IMG/VR virus record: IMGVR_UViG_2663763280_000006 | DNA from: a virus | Lineage: Duplodnaviria; Heunggongvirae; Uroviricota; Caudoviricetes | Strand: one strand, 5' to 3' | DNA: 5,198 nucleotides | In this document: in pieces, positions 1 to 5,198 of the stretch | Numbering within the stretch: position 1 is the stretch's first letter | Layout: each line of letters opens with the position of its first letter | Notes under the pieces: generated by a model | Told to the model about the DNA's origin: nothing | Database searches by the model: none | Seen by the model: only the letters and a program-made list of their open reading frames with translations | Position numbers and translations under genes: made by a program

Positions 1-36
1 GGTATTCACTGATATTTTCTGCATTCTGCATCAGTT

Positions 37-429
37 TTGCGGCGGCAGAGTCACNGNNANNGNNGCGCGNTNGATCAGCGAGCGCTTGGCGTTAATCGAG
101 TGAAGATATTCGAACGCTGGAAGGCTATCGACACTAGGGATAAGCGTGAAAAGTTCACGGCGCTAGTGCCTGCAATTATGGAGGCTATCCGGATTAATGA
201 TTTCAGGTTGTATCGTGAAATTAGTGACGGAAAAAGCATCACGTACATGATCGCCGGGTTAAACAAAGAATATGGCGATGTGGTGGAGTCCGGACTGCTT
301 TTTGCTGATCCTGCCGTAGTGGATCGTGAAACTGACGAACTTATAGAAAAAGCAATTGCTTTCAAACTTGCGTATCGACAGCAATACCAACAAAAAGCTG
401 GATGGAATTATGAGCCTTCTTTTTGCTGA
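37..429 (+). CDS. Hypothetical phage early-region protein; 5' end uncertain (ORF opens with TTG at 37, possible GTG at 100, first ATG at 178; N run at 55-72 sits inside the frame)
   Basis: 130-codon open frame after an in-frame TGA at 10-12. Translation is protein-like (mixed composition). The 3' end overlaps the start of the replication gene, as is common in phage operons. No clear Shine-Dalgarno for any candidate start, and the ambiguous bases prevent a firm start call. No family recognised. Confidence 0.4.
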   Translation: MRRQSHXXXXAXDQRALGVNRVKIFERWKAIDTRDKREKFTALVPAIMEAIRINDFRLYREISDGKSITYMIAGLNKEYGDVVESGLLFADPAVVDRETDELIEKAIAFKLAYRQQYQQKAGWNYEPSFC

Positions 430-1375
430 ACGCCCACTGGTTATAAACACACAGCTTGCGATGAAGATTGGCTTAAATGAAGCCATTGTGTTGCAGCAGT
501 TGCATTACTGGTTGAGAGATACCAATTCCGGCATGGAATGTGATGGTGTTCGCTGGATTTACAACACAACGGAACAATGGCTGGAACAGTTCCCATTCTG
601 GTCAGAGTCAACTTTAAAGCGCGCGTTTGCAAGTCTGAAAACGCTGGGGCTTTTGCGTTGTGAAAAGCTCAATAAATCAAAGCGCGATATGACCAATTTC
701 TACACGATCAACTATGGGAGCGAGCTTTTAGATGGTGGCAAATTGAACGAATCCATCGGTTCAAAATGCGCCGCTCCATCAGGTCAAAATGACACGATGG
801 AAGAGGTCAAAATGAAACGCTCCATTGGTTCAAAACGACCCAATGTCATCGGGTCAAAATGGCCTGATGATCTTACAGAGAATACAACAGAGATTACTAC
901 AGAGAATAAAAACACTTTTCGTCCGGAAGCTTCGCAACCGGACCCGCAGACCGCTGAACAGGATTTTTTAACCCAGAACCCCGACGCGGTTGTGTTTAGT
1001 GCGAAAAAACGCCAGTGGGGTAGCAGGGAGGATTTGGCGTGTGCGCAGTGGATTTGGGGGCGGATCGTGAACCTTTACGAACAGGCTGCCAGCGACGATG
1101 GAGAGATCATGCGACCAAAAGAGCCTAACTGGACAGCCTGGGCCAATGACGTGCGCACAATGCGGATGCTGGATGGCAGAAGCCACAGACAAATTTGCGA
1201 AATGTTTGGTCGGGTACAGCGAGATCCATTCTGGGTAAAAAACATCATGAGCCCGTCAAAACTCCGCGAAAAATGGGACGAACTGGTCATCCGCTTGGGA
1301 CGTTCACCTGTACAGCGTTGTGTGAATCATATTTCTGAACCGGATACAGAAATTCCGCCTGGTTTCAGGGGATAA
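410..1375 (+). CDS. Phage replication initiation protein: N-terminal origin-binding (O-like / replisome-organiser) region fused to a DnaT-like C-terminal domain
   Basis: Long ORF (track 356-1375 opens with TTG; first ATG at 410 gives MSLLFAERPL...). The C-terminus ...SEPDTEIPPGFRG closely matches my recollection of the E. coli DnaT C-terminus (...SEPDSQIPPGFRG). The interdomain linker is encoded by the iteron repeats, as in lambda O where ori lies inside the gene. Stop TAA at 1373-1375. Start codon is uncertain (356 vs 410). Confidence 0.8.
   Translation: MSLLFAERPLVINTQLAMKIGLNEAIVLQQLHYWLRDTNSGMECDGVRWIYNTTEQWLEQFPFWSESTLKRAFASLKTLGLLRCEKLNKSKRDMTNFYTINYGSELLDGGKLNESIGSKCAAPSGQNDTMEEVKMKRSIGSKRPNVIGSKWPDDLTENTTEITTENKNTFRPEASQPDPQTAEQDFLTQNPDAVVFSAKKRQWGSREDLACAQWIWGRIVNLYEQAASDDGEIMRPKEPNWTAWANDVRTMRMLDGRSHRQICEMFGRVQRDPFWVKNIMSPSKLREKWDELVIRLGRSPVQRCVNHISEPDTEIPPGFRG
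752..861. repeat. Iteron array (candidate phage origin of replication) inside the replication initiator gene
   Basis: Five direct repeats with core TCCATCRGKTCAAAATG ending at 768, 791, 814, 837 and 861 (period 23, 23, 23, 24 bp, about two helical turns). In-frame they encode a repeated (S)IGSK peptide. The arrangement mirrors ori-lambda within gene O. Confidence 0.65.
874..912. repeat. A-rich 12-bp-period direct repeats (TACAGAGAWTA x3) immediately downstream of the iterons; candidate origin unwinding region
   Basis: Repeats at about 874-884, 886-896 and 898-908, followed by AATAAAAACAC. AT-rich relative to surrounding coding sequence. Position next to the iterons parallels the AT-rich segment of ori-lambda. 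Confidence 0.4.
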
Positions 1376-1415
1376 GTGTTGATTTCAGGTCATGAGGTAA
1401 TTTTAAGGAGGACTT

Positions 1416-1838
1416 GTGGCAAAAGTTTTTACACAGGAAGAGCGGGAAAAAATTAAAGAGCAGGTGGTCGAACTTGTGCGCCAGAGCGGTCGCGAGACAT
1501 TACGACAGTTGGAAGCTAAAACAGGTGCGACAAGATATCTGATGAGCATTCTTGCCAGAGAGCTGGTTGCCAGTGGTTATGTATACAACTCCGGCTACGG
1601 GTTATTCCCGTCTGAACAGGCACGAAAGGACTGGCAAAATGCCCGCAAAAAACTCTCTAGGGCGAAGGTGAAGAAACCCGCTGTGGTTGATCCGGACCTT
1701 ATCTGGTCACTACCTGATGGAGAAATACGTCGCTACGACAGTCGTCTAAACATAATCTGTCGCGAGTGCCAGAAGAGCGAAGTTATGCAGCGCATATTGT
1801 CGTTTTATCAGGGAAATGTTCGGTATCTATTTAAGTGA
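1416..1838 (+). CDS. Hypothetical phage protein (140 aa), possible helix-turn-helix segment
   Basis: GTG start at 1416 preceded by a strong SD (AAGGAGG, 1405-1411). Phage-like GC and E. coli-like codon usage. Stop TGA at 1836-1838. No family recognised; the segment TLRQLEAKTGATRYLMSILAREL is HTH-like but weak. Confidence 0.6.
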   Translation: MAKVFTQEEREKIKEQVVELVRQSGRETLRQLEAKTGATRYLMSILARELVASGYVYNSGYGLFPSEQARKDWQNARKKLSRAKVKKPAVVDPDLIWSLPDGEIRRYDSRLNIICRECQKSEVMQRILSFYQGNVRYLFK

Positions 1839-2155
1839 CGAGATTAAAGTGCATTAGTTAAGATGTAAATTGACATTTTCATGGCATAGGGTAGAGGTAG
1901 CGTGGTTGTCTGCTTTGTGCCATGAACTGATGTCGCTTGTGTGCGTGGCAATTAGTGTATAACGGATATCATCAGACTCCAGCAGTAGCATTGCTTGAGC
2001 ATACTAACATATGAAATCTTTAGTTAACGTAAGATAAATTAGATTTAGTATTTTTTTGAGTATGAGCTCATAAATAATCAAAAAAACTTGATACGCCATA
2101 TGACTTTGATTTATTTTGGAAAAACATAAAGGTAATGTAATGTAAAGAGGAAAAT
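1839..2155 (+). promoter_or_regulatory. AT-rich 317-bp intergenic region upstream of the NTPase gene; presumed promoter/operator region
   Basis: Sharp drop in GC right after the stop of the 140-aa gene. Contains a consensus -35-like TTGACA (1870-1875) without a convincing -10, a 9-bp inverted repeat TTCATGGCA/TGCCATGAA (1878-1886 and 1917-1925), and a perfect 12-bp palindrome TATGAGCTCATA (2061-2072). Exact promoter not resolvable by eye. Confidence 0.3.
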
Positions 2156-3643
2156 GTGGACATTAGAGACTGGCTACCAGAATTTCAAGTTTCAGCAGAA
2201 ACAGATCGGGACTTACAGACCTATTTTTTTAAGCTACCGGCGATAAAGGATATTATTGAAAGTAGGGCTTGGTTGGTTCTTGGAAGAAAAGGTACTGGTA
2301 AAACAGCCATTTATGAACACCTTAGAAGAGGAAAACCAGCCAATCTCAACGGGTTTTACTCAGTATGTCTAAATTTTAGTGACTATCCATGGCCAGCCCA
2401 TCAACTTTACAAGGATGCAATGGCTGGAGAACTTTCCGCTTATCAAAAAAGTTGGATGTATCTTTTTTATATTAAGGCATTATCTAAACTTATTGAAATA
2501 AAAAATGATGCTGGAGAGACTTTAAACAAAGATCTAACGTGGGCACATAATTATATCAAAACTATCTTTGGTAGTCCCGACCCAACTCTTAGGGAGGTTT
2601 TGTTTTCAAAAATAACCAGATTAAAAACCATAAAAGGGCCCAGTGCTGGTCTTAATGAAGTATCATTGGACGCAGGTGAAATTTCGTTAGAGGAAGTTGC
2701 TGAGAATGCTCAGCTAAAGCAAAAGCTAAGAGCTAATGCTTTCACGTTGCTTACGTATTTTGAAAAAATTTTTAAAGATAACATTGGTAATGAAAAAATA
2801 ATTATCGCCCTTGACCAATTAGACGAAAACTGGCTAGAGGGGCAAATTGAAGAATATAGTAAGGTTTTAATAAATCTGCTAAATGTCTGTAGAAACATAG
2901 CATCTGATGAACGCCTCAATGATAAATTAAAAGTCATTCCCTTCCTACGAACGGATATTTATCATTCTTTGAAATTCAATGATAAAAACAAATTATTGCA
3001 AGATAGTGCTATCATAATCTCATGGAATGAAAATAATCTAAACGATATGTATTATGAGAGGATAAAGAAATACAAACCTAATGATCTCATATTAGATGAC
3101 GAAAAGGACAGATCTGGGAAAGTATTTGAGGTTTCATTCGTTAGGCAGGGGACTCCTCCATTTAAATATATATGTCGCCGTTCTTTCTTTAGGCCTAGGG
3201 ATATTATTGTCTACTTCAACAAAATTAGGGCATGTCATAAAAATAATGTCTCAGGTCTTTACACTTCCAATGAGCTTTATGAAGCTGACCGTGAAGCATC
3301 TATAAGTGTGTACAATGAGGTGATTGATGAATGGTCCAACCAATTCCCTGAAATTGAGAACTTACTAACTGTTCTTCAAACTATCCAAGTAGAAACATTC
3401 GATTTTAATGATTTTTCCGAGAAGTGCCGTAATGAATTTGCAGGTATTTCTGATGGGGTGATACGTCAATATATCAACTTCCTGTTTGATAACTCACTTA
3501 TCGGACAAAAAAAACAAGGTAGATGGGAATACGTAAGTAGTTTGCCTAACTTAAAAATTAATCTACAAAATGAGTTTAGGACACATCATGCTTTAAAATA
3601 CAGGTTGCATTTAATAGAAAGCAGACCGAGCCAAAATATTTAG
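2156..3643 (+). CDS. P-loop NTPase of unassigned family (495 aa); candidate accessory/defence gene
   Basis: GTG start at 2156 with SD AAGAGG (2145-2150). Walker A GRKGTGKT at aa 43-50 (nt 2282-2305). Walker B-like KIIIALDQLDE at aa 214-224 (nt 2795-2827); alternative acidic motif DLILDDE near aa 310-316. RPRD motif at aa 346-349. Gene is markedly AT-rich (roughly one-third GC by eye) against ~50% GC flanks. Stop TAG at 3641-3643. Confidence 0.8.
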   Translation: MDIRDWLPEFQVSAETDRDLQTYFFKLPAIKDIIESRAWLVLGRKGTGKTAIYEHLRRGKPANLNGFYSVCLNFSDYPWPAHQLYKDAMAGELSAYQKSWMYLFYIKALSKLIEIKNDAGETLNKDLTWAHNYIKTIFGSPDPTLREVLFSKITRLKTIKGPSAGLNEVSLDAGEISLEEVAENAQLKQKLRANAFTLLTYFEKIFKDNIGNEKIIIALDQLDENWLEGQIEEYSKVLINLLNVCRNIASDERLNDKLKVIPFLRTDIYHSLKFNDKNKLLQDSAIIISWNENNLNDMYYERIKKYKPNDLILDDEKDRSGKVFEVSFVRQGTPPFKYICRRSFFRPRDIIVYFNKIRACHKNNVSGLYTSNELYEADREASISVYNEVIDEWSNQFPEIENLLTVLQTIQVETFDFNDFSEKCRNEFAGISDGVIRQYINFLFDNSLIGQKKQGRWEYVSSLPNLKINLQNEFRTHHALKYRLHLIESRPSQNI

Positions 3644-3858
3644 CTTACATCCATCTCCATTAAGAAATCTTGCTATTGTTCTTATGGATCGTCTTTCTGA
3701 CTGATTTCATATTGGCGAGGTAACGGTAGTTAAGTAGAATGGCTGCGGGTGCTTGAGGCTATCTGCCTCGGGCATGAACACCAAGGGCAGATAGAGAAAA
3801 GCCCCAGTTAACATTACGCGTCCTGCAAGACGCTTAACATTAATCTGAGGCCAATTTC

Positions 3859-4071
3859 ATGCTAGACACATGTAGGTTAGCCTCTTACGTGCCGAAAGGC
3901 AAGGAGAAGCAGGCTATGAAGCAGCAAAAGGCGATGTTAATCGCCCTGATCGTCATCTGTTTAACCGTCATAGTGACGGCACTGGTAACGAGGAAAGACC
4001 TCTGCGAGGTACGAATCCGAACCGGCCAGACGGAGGTCGCTGTCTTCACAGCTTACGAACCTGAGGAGTAA
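3859..4071 (+). CDS. mok: mok-like upstream reading frame of the hok locus (70 codons; in-frame ATG 57 nt upstream of hok)
   Basis: ATG at 3859 preceded by GAGG (3847-3850); 70-codon frame ending at the hok stop. In hok/sok systems, translation of the overlapping mok frame is needed for hok translation. The frame relationship to hok is recalled from memory and not verified. Confidence 0.4.
   Translation: MLDTCRLASYVPKGKEKQAMKQQKAMLIALIVICLTVIVTALVTRKDLCEVRIRTGQTEVAVFTAYEPEE
3916..4071 (+). CDS. hok: Hok/Gef family type I toxin (51 aa), HokD/RelF-like
   Basis: Translation MKQQKAMLIALIVICLTVIVTALVTRKDLCEVRIRTGQTEVAVFTAYEPEE is a canonical Hok-family sequence: single N-terminal transmembrane helix followed by the conserved RKDLCEV..G..EVAVF..YE motif. 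SD AAGGAG (3901-3906), ATG 3916, stop TAA 4069-4071. Confidence 0.9.
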   Translation: MKQQKAMLIALIVICLTVIVTALVTRKDLCEVRIRTGQTEVAVFTAYEPEE

Positions 4072-4139
4072 GAGACCCGGCGAGGGAGAAATCCCTCGCC
4101 ACCTCTGATGTGGCAGGCATCCTCAACGCACCCGCACTT

Positions 4140-4171
4140 AACCCGCTTCGGCGGGTTTTTGTTTTTATTTT
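4140..4171 (+). terminator. Rho-independent terminator downstream of hok
   Basis: Stem ACCCGC (4141-4146), loop TTCG, stem GCGGGT (4151-4156), followed by TTTTTGTTTTTATTTT. Preceded by a second stable hairpin GGCGAGGGA-GAAA-TCCCTCGCC (4079-4100), consistent with the structured 3' end of hok mRNAs. Confidence 0.7.
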
Positions 4172-4287
4172 CAACGCGTTTGAAGATCTGGACGGTGCCG
4201 GAATAGAATCAAAAATACTTAAGTAGCGCGCAGGGATAAGAGGGATGGTCCCTTAAAGGGGAGAGCTAATTATCCGGAAGGATTCTG

Positions 4288-4539
4288 ATGATGAACATCG
4301 AAGAACTGCGTAAAATTTTTTGTGAAGATGGCCTCTATGCTGTGTGCGTTGAAAATGGAAATCTTGTTAGTCATTACCGCATTATGTGTTTGCGAAAGAA
4401 TGGGGCTGCGTTAATTAATTTTGTGGATGGTCGAGTGACAGACGGATTTATCTTGCGCGAAGGTGAGTTTGTCACTTCATTACAGGCACTGAAAGAGATC
4501 GGAATAAAAGCAGGCTTTTCAGCTTTTGCAGAAGAATAA
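4288..4539 (+). CDS. rem: Rem-like small protein (83 aa) of unknown function
   Basis: ATG at 4288 with SD GGAAGGA (4276-4282). 83-aa product directly downstream of a hokD-like gene, matching the hokD-rem adjacency and length I recall for E. coli K-12 Qin prophage. The symbol rests on context and length, not a verified alignment. Confidence 0.6.
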   Translation: MMNIEELRKIFCEDGLYAVCVENGNLVSHYRIMCLRKNGAALINFVDGRVTDGFILREGEFVTSLQALKEIGIKAGFSAFAEE

Positions 4540-4605
4540 ACTCATCTACAATCTTGCGCGGGGCTGAACTCCCGCTGAGTAACACCGTGCCACCGGAGAA
4601 AACCG

Positions 4606-4884
4606 ATGGCACGCAACGTAAAATATTACAATTCTGATAATTCGCCCGTTCTTGCCTGCACGCACGAGCGGTATTCTCACGCATTCAAGTCTGAATGGTT
4701 CCAGCACCCTCCATGCACTGAAGAGCAGGCTGAATGGATAATTCAGTGTTACCGCAGGCGCGGATACGAGGTTAAGAAAGCTCTTAGTCTCGACTACCGT
4801 CACTGGATAATCTCAGTCAGATTGCCTTACTCCGAACGCCCACTGCGTCCGTCCCGTACATTCCAGCAACGCATCTGGAGGTAA
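4606..4884 (+). CDS. Hypothetical protein (92 aa)
   Basis: ATG at 4606 with SD GGAG (4595-4598) and 7-nt spacer. Reasonable E. coli-like codon usage. Stop TAA at 4882-4884. No family recognised. Confidence 0.5.
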   Translation: MARNVKYYNSDNSPVLACTHERYSHAFKSEWFQHPPCTEEQAEWIIQCYRRRGYEVKKALSLDYRHWIISVRLPYSERPLRPSRTFQQRIWR

Positions 4885-4885
4885 C

Positions 4886-5026
4886 GTGCGGGTATTACTT
4901 CGACCTGTTCTGGTACCGGAACTCGGGCTGGTGGTCGTTAAGCCGGGCCGTGAATCCATGCCGGTATTCCACAATACCCGGGTACTGGTGGAGCCGGAAC
5001 CGAAAAGCATGCGTAATCTGCCCTGA
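4886..5026 (+). CDS. Possible small ORF (46 codons, GTG start) translationally coupled to the preceding gene; uncertain
   Basis: GTG at 4886 just after the TAA of the upstream ORF, SD GGAGG at 4877-4881. Frequent E. coli codons (CTG, CCG, GAA) but a V/P/L-rich low-complexity product. Conflicts with the antisense ORF listed next. Confidence 0.2.
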   Translation: MRVLLRPVLVPELGLVVVKPGRESMPVFHNTRVLVEPEPKSMRNLP

Positions 5027-5198
5027 ACACAGCGTTGATTTTCCTGACCCGGTTTCACCACATACAAATCCCAGACCGCTTTTGCAGACCATTGCTTCAA
5101 GCAGGTCTGGTTCAATGTTCATGGAGAGGATGTCCGGTATTTCTGTCGGGATGACACGCATGGTTATTGATATTGCTTTCTCCTCCGCACCAGATGTG
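4895..5198 (-). CDS. Possible minus-strand ORF (open to the window edge) containing a perfect P-loop GETGSGKST; could be a gene fragment or a chance antisense frame
   Basis: Minus-strand frame is open from 5198 down to TAA at 4895-4897. Encodes ...GLGFVCGETGSGKSTL... (P-loop at nt 5033-5059). The ATG at 5161 has no well-spaced SD. Contains several rare CGG codons and shares triplet phase with the + strand ORF, which is typical of antisense artefacts. Confidence 0.2.
   Translation of the reverse strand, partial: TSGAEEKAISITMRVIPTEIPDILSMNIEPDLLEAMVCKSGLGFVCGETGSGKSTLCSGQITHAFRFRLHQYPGIVEYRHGFTARLNDHQPEFRYQNRSK

Noticed and set aside
55-72. Run of N / ambiguous bases
   Set aside because: Sequencing or assembly ambiguity, not a biological feature. 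It only limits the start-codon call for the first ORF.
75-632. Minus-strand ORFs 75-365, 259-486 and 441-632
   Set aside because: Antisense to better-supported + strand genes, no ribosome-binding sites, low-complexity S/A/I-rich translations typical of shadow frames.
752-861. Could the 23-bp periodic repeats be a small CRISPR array?
   Set aside because: Repeats are degenerate, the intervening segments are only about 6 bp rather than spacer-sized, and the array is translated in-frame inside a replication gene. An iteron origin is the better explanation.
968-1290. Minus-strand ORFs 968-1192 and 1075-1290
   Set aside because: Lie entirely inside the replication initiator gene on the opposite strand; no start signals; likely shadow ORFs.
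2710-3305. ORFs 2710-2937 (-) and 3096-3305 (+, alternate frame)
   Set aside because: Embedded within the NTPase gene; AT-rich sequence generates spurious frames; no independent translation signals.
4556-4575. Hairpin GCGGG-GCTGAACT-CCCGC downstream of rem as a terminator
   Set aside because: Only a 5-bp stem and no following T-tract; not called as an intrinsic terminator.
4472-4803. Minus-strand ORFs 4472-4684 and 4546-4803
   Set aside because: Antisense to the rem-like and 92-aa genes, which have proper SD sequences and better codon usage.
4813-5115. Minus-strand ORF 4813-5115 (100 aa)
   Set aside because: S/T/R/G-rich low-complexity translation typical of an out-of-frame read of GC-rich DNA; overlaps better candidates.
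1-5198. tRNA/rRNA genes, integrase, transposase or attachment sites
   Set aside because: No cloverleaf-like conserved tRNA motifs, no rRNA-like segments, and no ORF with recombinase or transposase hallmarks were seen in any frame.

Overview
The window reads as the early/replication-to-nin region of a lambdoid prophage in an Enterobacteriaceae host (E. coli-like codon usage, roughly 50% GC by eye), with all well-supported genes on the + strand. Order: a small early ORF with uncertain start and a run of N bases (37-429); a replication initiator whose C-terminus ends like host DnaT (410-1375) and which carries an in-gene iteron origin (five 23-bp-period repeats, 752-861, then A-rich 12-bp repeats); a 140-aa hypothetical (1416-1838); a compositionally distinct AT-rich insertion (about 1839-3700) encoding a 495-aa P-loop NTPase of unassigned family (2156-3643); a hok/mok type I toxin locus with 3' stem-loops and an intrinsic terminator (3859/3916-4171); a rem-like 83-aa gene (4288-4539); a 92-aa hypothetical (4606-4884); and a GC-rich tail with conflicting reading frames (4886-5198). 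The top candidate for a poorly characterised or undescribed system is the low-GC P-loop NTPase, which sits as cargo next to hok where, as I recall it, E. coli K-12 Qin prophage carries relBE. No tRNA, rRNA, CRISPR array, integrase or transposase was seen. All homology statements are from reading the translations and from memory; no database search was run.
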